Shown here piece after piece: positions 29,954 through 38,154 of a DNA stretch of 64,000 nucleotides (positions within the stretch are counted from its first letter, which is position 1; each line of letters begins with the position of its first letter). Both the position numbers and the translations under genes were made by a program. This DNA comes from an uncultured Chloroflexia bacterium (GTDB lineage Bacteria; Chloroflexota; Limnocylindria; Limnocylindrales; CSP1-4). The notes beneath the pieces were generated by a model. That model saw only the letters and a list, made by a program, of their open reading frames with translations, was not told the DNA's origin and ran no database searches. The DNA is taken from positions 679,020 to 743,019 of the forward strand of contig CAWBGT010000027.1 in assembly GCA_963788375.1 (NCBI GenBank), given 5' to 3'.

Positions 29954-30190
29954 CCCGTCTGCTGCACGAGCATCCGCTGGTCGACGCGGAGCTGGACCCG
30001 GGAGGACGCCTTGTGGCGATCCGCTGGAACGGCCGGCGGGAGCCCGTCGAGGTCTGCAACCGCTGGCGGGTGGAGGAGTCCTGGTGGCGGGAGCCGATCG
30101 CCCGGGACTACTTCAAGGTGGTCGGGGACGTCGTGGCTGGCACTCGTCTACCTGGACCGGACGGCCGGGACGTGGCACCTGGAGCGGCTC
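29950..30190 (+). CDS. Small conserved-looking ORF (~80 aa) translationally coupled to imuB (ATGA overlap), with an apparent frameshift in a G-run near 30130.
   Basis: 'MTRLLHEHPLVDAELDPGGRLVAIRWNGRREPVEVCNRWRVEESWWREPIARDYFKVVGD' continues in the +1 frame as '...SWLALVYLDRTAGTWHLERLYD*'. Confidence 0.4.
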
Positions 30191-30265
30191 TACGATTGAC
30201 CCGGCCCAGGATGGTCAGGCAGGAGTCGGAGCGTGGCGGCGACCGGTCGGACGACGGTCGGGAAC

Positions 30266-30374
30266 GTCAGCGGAGCGCCGGCGACCCGAACGCGATCGAG
30301 ACCACGAGCAGCACGAGGAACAGCCCCACGACCAGGGCGAGGGCGCCGAGGTCACGCGGTCGTGTCGTCTGCAT
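30266..30374 (-). CDS. Single-TM micro-peptide (35 aa: MQTTRPRDLGALALVVGLFLVLLVVSIAFGSPALR).
   Basis: Read by hand from the reverse strand. Below the ORF-track cutoff. In tandem with a second, similar peptide. Confidence 0.3.
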
Positions 30375-30478
30375 TCGTTCCCATTCCCCCAAAGTTCGGA
30401 CCGGTTCCCGGCCGGTCGCCGGCGTATGGACGCCGGGCCCCCGCCAGATGTTGCGGCAGCCAGACGCTCCCGCGCCGG

Positions 30479-30578
30479 ATCAGGCCGGCATTCCCGCGAA
30501 GACCACCAACACCACGAGCACGGCCAGCAGAAGCACCAGCAGGCCGGCGCTCACGAACTCGCGCGTCTTGGGTTCCAT
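30479..30578 (-). CDS. Single-TM micro-peptide (32 aa: MEPKTREFVSAGLLVLLLAVLVVLVVFAGMPA).
   Basis: Read by hand from the reverse strand. Strong AGGAGG RBS 7 nt upstream of the ATG. Below the ORF-track cutoff. Confidence 0.35.
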
Positions 30579-30603
30579 GCGGTCGCGCCTCCTCTTGTCC
30601 GGT

Positions 30604-31206
30604 TCAGCCCTCGCCGCCGGCACAGCCGGCGCCGTAGAGCACGATGATCATCGTCGATTCGCCCGCCGGGCGGAAGGTCGTCTGGATCCGGCACTCCGGG
30701 AGGTCCGAGACCGTGTCAAGGACACGGCTCCCGTCCTCGAGCGCGGACGACAGGTTGTCGGTCGTGAAGCCCAGCTCCTCGAGCGTGTCGCGGTACCAGC
30801 GGGCGACCGCGCTCACGTCGTCGCCAGTCAGCCAGGCACCACTCGCCGGGCCGCCGGACGGCTCCACGGCACTGGCCCCCGGGTAGACCGGGAACCCCTC
30901 GGGGACGGCGTCCAGGATGGTGCCCCAGTCGGTTGCCGTCGTGGACGTTGCGGCCGGCTCCTCGGGTGGGACGTCCGACGGACCGCCCGGGACGATGGTC
31001 GGCGGCGGTGCCTGCGTCAGGACCGGGGTGGGCTCGATCACACCGGGCGTCGATGCCGGGCCGGCCACCGACGGCGCTGCCGTTGTGGATGGCCCGGGTC
31101 CTCCGCATGCGGCCAGGCCGGCGACCATGCCGGCCAGTGCCAGTGTCCACATGAGGAGGACAGGAGTGGAGGTCGGGCGGCAAGGCTCGATGCGCATCGG
31201 CCTCAT
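30604..31206 (-). CDS. Lipoprotein (hypothetical); start is uncertain.
   Basis: 'MWTLALAGMVAGLAACGGPGPS' signal peptide with lipobox, then a Pro/Thr linker and a ~110-aa domain. Confidence 0.45.
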   Translation of the reverse strand: MRPMRIEPCRPTSTPVLLMWTLALAGMVAGLAACGGPGPSTTAAPSVAGPASTPGVIEPTPVLTQAPPPTIVPGGPSDVPPEEPAATSTTATDWGTILDAVPEGFPVYPGASAVEPSGGPASGAWLTGDDVSAVARWYRDTLEELGFTTDNLSSALEDGSRVLDTVSDLPECRIQTTFRPAGESTMIIVLYGAGCAGGEG

Positions 31207-31700
31207 GGTAGCGGCCACCCGGCGACGACACGCCCGGGCGAGCAAGGACCCTCGCCGCCCCAGCGGCGAGGGTCCTTTCGGCGGTCTCCGGGCTGCCCAA
31301 GCTCCGGGGACAGGTCGGCGGTCGCGATGGCGCGACCGCCGCCGGTGCGCTAGACGGCCGCCTCCGCGATTGCGGGAAGGAGGCCGAAGATTGCGATCGC
31401 GACCAGCGCGGCCGCCGCCAGCCGCAGGAGGAGCTCGCGGGCGACGCGGTGGTCGGGGCGGTGGCCCAGGTTCGTGATCACGCGCATCAGACGCGCGACC
31501 GGCTGGTTTGGTTGCGCTCCGGGACAGGCAATTTCCGGCGACGAGCAAGCTCCGGCGACGCGCAAGCTCCGGCTGCGCCTGGTTCGCAGCCTACAATTCC
31601 CCGGCCCGCCGCCGCCCAGCTCCGCACCGCCCCGCCGAGGACCTCGTTGACCCTGCGCCCGCTCCAGCCCACTGCCCCACCGTCCAAGTCGACGCTCGTC

Positions 31701-32333
31701 CTGCCGGGACGCTTTCGGGCCGCGGTGTTCGACATGGACGGGCTCCTCCTGGACACGGAGCCGCTGTGGCACGACGCCGAGCGCGAGCTGCTCGAGCGGC
31801 ACGGCGACACGTTCTCGCCCGCCGACATGGAGGCGTCCCACGGCCGGGCGGTGTCCGAGACCGCGACGGCCTACTCGGGGCGGCTCGGGCTGCCCCCGGA
31901 GGTCATCGAGCGCGAGATCGTCGAGATCATGCTCGCCCACTACGCGGCCGGCGCCACACCGTGCGCCGGAGCGCGGGAGCTGGTCGATGCCCTCGATGGA
32001 CGGCTGGCGCTCGCCGTCGCGTCCAACACCTCGGCGGGGCTGGTGCGCCGGGCGCTGGACACCTCGGGCCTGGCGATGCTGCAGGTGGTGGTCTCGGGGG
32101 CGGACATGGGCCGGCCCAAGCCCCTGCCGGACGTCTACCTGGCGGCCTGTCGGGCGCTGGGCGTGGCGCCTGGCGATGCGGTCGCCTTCGAGGATTTGCC
32201 GATGGGCGTCCGCTCTGCCGTCGATGCCGGCCTGTTCGTGGTCGGGGTTCCGGATCGCGACGACGTGGACCTCGCGACTGCCGGGGCACACGTCGTGCTG
32301 AGGTCGCTGGTGGAGGTCGTCGTCAGCGCCTGA
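31701..32333 (+). CDS. HAD-superfamily hydrolase (beta-phosphoglucomutase / phosphatase-like); start is approximate.
   Basis: Motif I 'AAVFDMDGLLLDTEPLW'. Motif III/IV 'VVSGADMGRPKPLPDVYL...VAFEDLPMGVRSAVDAGLFVVGV'. Confidence 0.7.
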   Translation: MPGRFRAAVFDMDGLLLDTEPLWHDAERELLERHGDTFSPADMEASHGRAVSETATAYSGRLGLPPEVIEREIVEIMLAHYAAGATPCAGARELVDALDGRLALAVASNTSAGLVRRALDTSGLAMLQVVVSGADMGRPKPLPDVYLAACRALGVAPGDAVAFEDLPMGVRSAVDAGLFVVGVPDRDDVDLATAGAHVVLRSLVEVVVSA

Positions 32334-32353
32334 CGCCCGGAGGGACTGGTATC

Positions 32354-32373
32354 GATAGAACAGATGTTCTATC
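32354..32373 (+). promoter_or_regulatory. LexA box GATAGAAC-AGAT-GTTCTATC (perfect palindrome), 30 nt upstream of the dnaE2 start.
   Basis: Differs at only 2 positions from the imuA' box. Confidence 0.7.
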
Positions 32374-32403
32374 ATTCCGATCCGCCCCCCGGAGACCGTC
32401 GCC

Positions 32404-35400
32404 GTGGCCCCTCCTCCCTACGCCGAGCTGCACTGCCACAGCCACTTCTCGTTCCTGGACGGGGCGTCCGCTCCCGACGATCTCGTTGCCCAAGCCGTGG
32501 AGCTGGGGCTGGCCGGTCTCGCCATCACGGACCACCAGGGCCTGTACGGGGCCGTCCGGTTCTCCGCCGCCGCGGAGGCCGCGGGGCTGCGCCCGGTGAT
32601 CGGGATCGAGGTGGAGCTCGTCGATGCGGCGGTGCCGGACCCTGCCGGGATCGTGGTGCCGGCGAGGCGTGCATGGAAGCCGGGGCGTCGAGCGCCCGTC
32701 CAGCCCGAGGCACCCCGGGTGATCGACGGCCGTCCTGTCCGCCCTCGCCCCGAGCGCGCCCGGCTGCCGGGCCATCGGCAGGTGGTCAAGGAGGATCACC
32801 GGGGAGTCGGCGAGGCGCAGCGTGGCCCGCACCTGGTCCTGCTGGCGCGCGACGCGACGGGCTGGCGGAGCCTGTGCCGGCTGGTGTCGCGGGCGAACCT
32901 AGCCGGCACGAAGGCGGTCCCCGGGTTCAGCCAGGCTCTCCTGGCCGAGCACGCCGAGGGGCTGATCGCGCTGTCTGGCTGCCGCCACGGGGAGGTGGCG
33001 AGACGCCTTCGGGCGGGGGATCGCGAGGGGGCGCGGGCCGTGGCGGAGCGGTACGCGGTGCTGTACGGGCCGCGCGGCACGGGCGGTGGAAGGGGCACGA
33101 GCGGTGGAATGGGCGCGGCCGGGGGCGCGGCGGGGGGGCCGGCCGCCGCCGGCTTCGTCCTGGAGCTCACGCACCACCTGCTGCCCGACGACGACTGGCT
33201 CGCATCCGAGACCGCGCGCCTGGCCGAGGAGCTGGGGCTGCCGGTGGTGGTCACCAACGACGTCCACTACGCCCTCCCCGAGGGCCGCGAGCTGCAGGAC
33301 GTCCTGACCGCGATCCGGCACGGACGGTCCCTGTCGGACCTGGCGGACCTGCGCCGGCCGGACGGGGAGTCGTATATCAAGGGTGCGCCGGAGCTCCTTG
33401 CCCTGCCACCCGGGGAGCCGGCCACCGAGGCCGCCGACCCGGTGCTGGCCCGGGCATGGCGGGCAGGGATCGCGGCATCGGTCGAGATCGCCGCGGCCTG
33501 CCGGGTCGAGCTGGCGTTCGAGCGCTACCGCTTCCCGGGCTTCGCCGTACCGAAGGGGCAGACGCCGTTCAGCCACCTGTCTGAGCTGTGCTGGGAGGGC
33601 GCCCGGCGCCGGTATCACCCGCTCACGCCGGCCGTGCTCCGGCAGCTGGCCCACGAGCTGGACGTCATCGAGCGGACCGGCCTCGCGGAGTTCTTCCTCA
33701 TCTGCTGGGACCTGATGCAGTTCGCGAAGTCGCGTGGCATCCCGGCGCAGGGACGGGGGAGCGCGGCGGGTTCGATCGTGACCTACGTGCTGGGTATCGC
33801 GCGGGTGGACCCGATCCGTCACGAGCTGCTGTTCGAGCGGTTCATCAACGAGGGGCGGACGGCCTACCCGGACGTCGACATCGACTTCTCCTCCGAGCGG
33901 CGGGAGGAGGTGATCCAGTACGTCTACGAGAAGTACGGCCCCGAGCACACCGGGATGGTCTGCAACCTCGTCACGTACCGGGCCCGGTCGGCGGTCCGCG
34001 AGGTGGGGCGCGCGCTGGGGTTCCCGGGACCGCTGGTGGACCGGGTGGCGAAGGCGCTCGAGACGTACGACTCGGTGATGGTGCGGCGGGACCTGGAGGC
34101 CGAGGGCGGGTTTGGGGCGTTCTTCGCGCAGCCGGGCGAGGGCACGGGCGGGGGCACGGGCGGGGGACCCTCGGACGCCGTGCGGGGCTCGCGACGGGTC
34201 GTGGCCGAGCTGGAGGTGGCCCGCGCGGCCGCCCTGACCGGCGAGCGCGGGCTCACGGACTCGATGGGGCAGCTCAACCACGCGCGTGGCGGGCGGCTCG
34301 GGATGGACCTCGCGGCGGCCAGCGGGACCTGGGCGGGCGCTCCAGGCTCAGCACCTGCGATCCGGCCCGGTGGGCGGGCTGACGACGAGGGCGGTCCGGG
34401 TGACACCCCGGCCAGCGTCGCCTGGCTGCGGGCGGGCCGTGGGACCGGATCCAGCGTCGCCCGCATCGGGCCGGAGCCCGTGAAGGTCCCGGACCCGGCC
34501 CCGGACTCGGTCCCGGACCCGGCACGCCACGAGGGATCCGTCGCGGGCCTCTCGGACTGGGAGCGCTGGCTGGAGCTGTGCGCCCGCATCGACGGCTTCC
34601 CTCGCCACCTCTCGATCCACAGCGGCGGCATGCTGGTGACCGCAGCCCCCCTCATCGACATCGCCCCCATCGAGCGGGCGACCATGCCGGGGAGGGTCGT
34701 CGTCCAGTTCGACAAGCGCGACGTCGAGACGATGAAGCTGATCAAGCTCGACCTGCTCGGCCTCGGCATGCTCGCCGCCATCGACGAGACGGTCCAGCTC
34801 ATCGAGCACGACTGCGCCGTCTGCCTGGACCTCGACCGCCTGCCGGAAGAGGTCCCCGAGGTCTTCGCCATGCTCCAGGCGGCGGACACCGTGGGCGTGT
34901 TCCAGGTCGAGAGCCGGGCGCAGATGCAGACCCTGCCCAAGTCGCGTCCGGCCAGCCTCGACGACCTGGTGGTGGAGGTGGCGATCATCCGGCCGGGCCC
35001 GATCCAGGGGAACGCTGTCCACCCGTACCTGCGTCGCAAACAGGGCCTGGAGCCGGTCACGTACCTCCATCCCAGCCTGGAGCCGATCCTCCACGACACC
35101 CTGGGCGTGATCCTCTATCAGGAGCAGGTGATGAAGATCGCGATCGACGTCGCGGGGTTCACGCCTGCGGGCTCCGACGGGTTCCGGCGGGCGATGGGGA
35201 CGTATCGCTCCGCCGGCGAGATGGAGCGGCTCCACGTGGAGTTCGTCGAGGGTTGCCGACGCGTCCATGGGATCCCGCCCGACGACGCCGAGGAGCTGTT
35301 CCGCCGCTGTGCCGCATTCGCCTCGTTCGGGTTCGCGAAGAGTCACGCCGCGGCGTTCGCCCGGACCGCGTACGAGTCCAGCTTCCTCAAGCTGTTCTAC

Positions 35401-36531
35401 CCGGCGCAGTTCACCGTCGGGCTGGTCAATGCGCAGCCGATGGGCTTCTACCCCGTCGAGGTGCTGGTCAACGACGCGAAGCGCCACGGGGTCGCGGTCC
35501 TCCCGGTGGACGTCAACCGGAGCTCGTATCGCACGACGACCGAGTGGGTCGGCCGCCCCGGCTGGGCGCTGGCGGGGCCCGCAGGCGATGACGGCTCGTC
35601 CGACCGGGATGCCGGCGAGGCACTGCCCGACGGGTGCGGGATCGACGCCCGCCCGACCCCGGTGCGCTCGAGCGCGTGCGTGATCCCCGGCGCGGCGGCG
35701 CGGGAACGCTGGGCCGCCGAGAGCATGACCGGCTGGGGGGTCCGCATCGGGCTGCACCTGGTCAAGGGGATCGGCGAGGAGCACCAGGCGCGCCTGGACG
35801 CGGAGCTGGCTCGCGGGCCCTACACGGACCTGGCCGACTTGGTCGAGCGGACGGGCCTCGCCGAGGACGTTGTGGAGCGCCTGATCCGGGCGGGTGCACT
35901 GGATTCGCTGGGACGTCCTCGCCGGGAGCTGCTGTGGCAGCTGCGCGAGGTGGCCGGGGCGGCGAAGGGACGCGTGGACGGGAAGAGGCGGGGCCCGAGA
36001 GGGATCACGCGAGCCGCGGGCCGGCCGGTGGACCTGCGCCTGCCCGCCACGGAGGCGCCGGCGCTCCCGGCGTTCACGGAGCCAGAGCGCTTGGGAGATG
36101 CCTACGCCGTGGTGGGGCTGGACGCCCGGCGCCAGGTCGTGGCGCTGTTCAGGGGTGCGCTGGACCGGATGGGCGCCGTGCCCAACGCGGCGCTGGCGGA
36201 CCGGCGCCCGGGAAGGGTCCTTCTCGGCGGACTCGTGGTCACGCGGCAGCACCCGATGACGGCACGAGGCACCGTGTTCCTTGCGCTGGAGGACGAGACG
36301 GGCATGGTCAACGTCACGCTCTGGCCCAATACATGGCAGCGGCTTCGCTCCGTCGTCCGGCGCCACGCGCTGCTGCTGGTGGACGGGGACCTGCAACGGG
36401 AGGGCGAGGTCGTGAACGTCGTGGCGCGGGAGGTGCGACCGCTGGTCGAGGCCGCCTCGGAGGCAGGCGGGCCCTCCTCACCGGCAGGGGTCCGCCAGAT
36501 GGGCCAGGCGGGGATGCGGCGCCTCGGCTAG
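32404..36531 (+). CDS. dnaE2: Error-prone DNA polymerase III alpha-like subunit DnaE2 (ImuC), with long low-complexity insertions.
   Basis: PHP domain 'ELHCHSHFSFLDGAS'. Pol III alpha core ('IERTGLAEFFLICWDLMQFAKSRGI', 'PDVDIDF'). OB-fold C-terminus. LexA box upstream. Confidence 0.9.
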   Translation: MAPPPYAELHCHSHFSFLDGASAPDDLVAQAVELGLAGLAITDHQGLYGAVRFSAAAEAAGLRPVIGIEVELVDAAVPDPAGIVVPARRAWKPGRRAPVQPEAPRVIDGRPVRPRPERARLPGHRQVVKEDHRGVGEAQRGPHLVLLARDATGWRSLCRLVSRANLAGTKAVPGFSQALLAEHAEGLIALSGCRHGEVARRLRAGDREGARAVAERYAVLYGPRGTGGGRGTSGGMGAAGGAAGGPAAAGFVLELTHHLLPDDDWLASETARLAEELGLPVVVTNDVHYALPEGRELQDVLTAIRHGRSLSDLADLRRPDGESYIKGAPELLALPPGEPATEAADPVLARAWRAGIAASVEIAAACRVELAFERYRFPGFAVPKGQTPFSHLSELCWEGARRRYHPLTPAVLRQLAHELDVIERTGLAEFFLICWDLMQFAKSRGIPAQGRGSAAGSIVTYVLGIARVDPIRHELLFERFINEGRTAYPDVDIDFSSERREEVIQYVYEKYGPEHTGMVCNLVTYRARSAVREVGRALGFPGPLVDRVAKALETYDSVMVRRDLEAEGGFGAFFAQPGEGTGGGTGGGPSDAVRGSRRVVAELEVARAAALTGERGLTDSMGQLNHARGGRLGMDLAAASGTWAGAPGSAPAIRPGGRADDEGGPGDTPASVAWLRAGRGTGSSVARIGPEPVKVPDPAPDSVPDPARHEGSVAGLSDWERWLELCARIDGFPRHLSIHSGGMLVTAAPLIDIAPIERATMPGRVVVQFDKRDVETMKLIKLDLLGLGMLAAIDETVQLIEHDCAVCLDLDRLPEEVPEVFAMLQAADTVGVFQVESRAQMQTLPKSRPASLDDLVVEVAIIRPGPIQGNAVHPYLRRKQGLEPVTYLHPSLEPILHDTLGVILYQEQVMKIAIDVAGFTPAGSDGFRRAMGTYRSAGEMERLHVEFVEGCRRVHGIPPDDAEELFRRCAAFASFGFAKSHAAAFARTAYESSFLKLFYPAQFTVGLVNAQPMGFYPVEVLVNDAKRHGVAVLPVDVNRSSYRTTTEWVGRPGWALAGPAGDDGSSDRDAGEALPDGCGIDARPTPVRSSACVIPGAAARERWAAESMTGWGVRIGLHLVKGIGEEHQARLDAELARGPYTDLADLVERTGLAEDVVERLIRAGALDSLGRPRRELLWQLREVAGAAKGRVDGKRRGPRGITRAAGRPVDLRLPATEAPALPAFTEPERLGDAYAVVGLDARRQVVALFRGALDRMGAVPNAALADRRPGRVLLGGLVVTRQHPMTARGTVFLALEDETGMVNVTLWPNTWQRLRSVVRRHALLLVDGDLQREGEVVNVVAREVRPLVEAASEAGGPSSPAGVRQMGQAGMRRLG

Positions 36532-36995
36532 GGCCCGAACCCCACATCTCCGGCCGCTTGATGCGGCACCGGTTCAGCCAGGGCCCGAACCGCGCATCCC
36601 TTGCCGCCTGATGCGGCACCGGTTCAGCTAGGGCCCGAACCGCGCATCTCCGGCCGCTTGATGCGGCACCGGCTCAGGAGCGCATCCCTTGCCGCCTGAT
36701 GCGGCACCGGTTCAGCCAGGGCCCGAACCGCGCATCCCTTGCCGCCTGATGCGGCACCGGTTCAGCCAGGGCCCGAACCGCGCATCCCTTGCCGCCTGAT
36801 GCGGCACCGGTTCAGGAGCGTATCCCTTGGACGCCTGATGCGGCACCGGTTCAGCCAGGGCCCGAACCGCGCATCCCTTGCCGCCTGATGCGGCACCGGT
36901 TCAGGAGCGTATCCCTTGCCGCCTGATGCGGCACCGGTTCAGGAGCGCCCGAACCGCGCATCCCTTGCCGCCTGATGCGGCACCGGCTCAGGAGC
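36531..36995. repeat. Tandem array of ~11 copies of a 38-nt hairpin-containing repeat (GCGCATCCCTTGCCGCCTGATGCGGCACCGGTTCAG; stem TGCCGC/GCGGCA). Copies are joined alternately by a 12-16-nt connector (CCAGGGCCCGAACC) or a short GAGC connector.
   Basis: Seen directly in the sequence. The array starts at the dnaE2 stop codon and lies between convergent genes. Stop codons occur in all frames. Confidence 0.85.
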
Positions 36996-37118
36996 GCATC
37001 CCGCAAGCGTGGCTGGACCCGGGAAAGGGCACCTCGTGCCCGCGCTCACGCTCGCCGGTTGCCGTGCTGAGTCAGGCGCGCATCCGCGCATCAGCGGCCA
37101 CGGCCACGTCCGCGGCAT

Positions 37119-37196
37119 CAGCGGCAGCGGCCACGGCCACGTCCGCGGCCACGTCCGCGGCCACGTCCGCGGCCACGTCCGCGGCCACGGCCACGG
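37119..37196. repeat. 12-bp microsatellite (GCCACGTCCGCG) x ~5 with a GGCCAC-rich flank.
   Basis: Seen directly in the sequence. Intergenic, downstream of the minus-strand membrane-protein gene. Confidence 0.7.
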
Positions 37197-37247
37197 TCGC
37201 GGGGTCCAGCCCGTCTCGTATGCGTGCCGGACCGCCCCGCGGACCGA

Positions 37248-37994
37248 TCAGCGGACGCTCTTGGCCTTCGTCGTCTTGGACTTGCCCTGCTGGGCCTTGC
37301 CGCGCTGGCCACGGTTCGGGTTGGCGAGATCCAGGAACCGGCGATACCAGGCGGCCGCCGATGCGAACAGCATTGCGCCCACCGGCGACCAGGCCGCGTG
37401 ACCAACCAGGACGGCGTCTGCCGAGCCATCGCCCGTCAGCAGGCGACCGGCAGGCGTCTGGAGCACAACGATGGCGAGGATCGTGACGAAGATCCCGTAG
37501 ATGAATCCACCCAGCCAGCTCGCGCGCTTGGCCGCGAAACCGATCAAGAACGCTCCGATTGCCGGCGGCGGCTGCAGCGCCATCGTCCCCAGGAAGTACG
37601 GGATCGTGTTGGTCCCGACGACGGCCTCGAGCTGGGCGGTCGTCGCCGTGCCAACCGGGATCTCGGAGAGCCCGGGCGAGTAAGCGATGACGAACCACAC
37701 GGCGGCAGCAAGGGTGACGCCCATCGCCGCAAGGAAGCCCCAGTTCGTGAGCACCTTGGGCAGGGCGCGGAGGTCGCCCGGGAGATCGAGCGGCGTGACC
37801 GCCCCCCTGAACGAGCTCATGATGCCCGGGCGCGGCGCAGGGGTGGACTGGCCCGCCTTGACACTCGGCTTGCGGACCGCGGTCGCCGTCCCGTCCGCGG
37901 TGTCGTCGCCGGGCTCGGTCTCGGCCAGCACGGCCTGCTCCGCCCGGTAGCGGCGACGGGCGTCGGTGCGATCAGTGCGCTTGGCGCGGGCCAC
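37248..37994 (-). CDS. Polytopic membrane protein with a Lys-rich C-terminal tail (hypothetical).
   Basis: GTG start is preceded by AGGAGGAG. TM segments 'WGFLAAMGVTLAAAVWFVIAY', 'GAFLIGFAAKRASWLGGFIYGIFVTILAIVVL'. Tail 'NRGQRGKAQQGKSKTTKAKSVR'. Confidence 0.45.
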   Translation of the reverse strand: MARAKRTDRTDARRRYRAEQAVLAETEPGDDTADGTATAVRKPSVKAGQSTPAPRPGIMSSFRGAVTPLDLPGDLRALPKVLTNWGFLAAMGVTLAAAVWFVIAYSPGLSEIPVGTATTAQLEAVVGTNTIPYFLGTMALQPPPAIGAFLIGFAAKRASWLGGFIYGIFVTILAIVVLQTPAGRLLTGDGSADAVLVGHAAWSPVGAMLFASAAAWYRRFLDLANPNRGQRGKAQQGKSKTTKAKSVR

Positions 37995-38154
37995 GAGCTC
38001 CTCCTGTCGGAAACGGGGCCGCACGAGTTGGGCGCGGCCGCAGCATGGTACCGGCTTGCTGCCGGGATGGAGTTGAGCGGCGCGTAAGTGGCGCCGCGTA
38101 GCCTGTCGCTCGCTCTCCCGTCCCCGCCGTCGAACCCCGCCCCGGAGGTCCTCG

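Noticed and set aside
29047-31353. 768-aa plus-strand ORF spanning the imuB end to 31353.
   Set aside because: Only its first ~60 codons after the imuB stop look protein-like (reported as the small coupled ORF). The rest is Arg/Gly/Pro junk opposite a credible minus-strand lipoprotein and the micro-peptides.
36531-36995. Possible CRISPR array, because of the regular 38/50-bp periodic repeats.
   Set aside because: The inter-repeat segments are short (4-16 nt) and identical rather than unique spacers. No cas genes are present. It is better described as a tandem hairpin-repeat array.
37072-37698. ORF ending in an 'AADVAADVAADV' repeat.
   Set aside because: The repeat is just the translation of the 12-bp microsatellite. 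The remainder is low-complexity and overlaps a well-supported membrane-protein gene in another frame.
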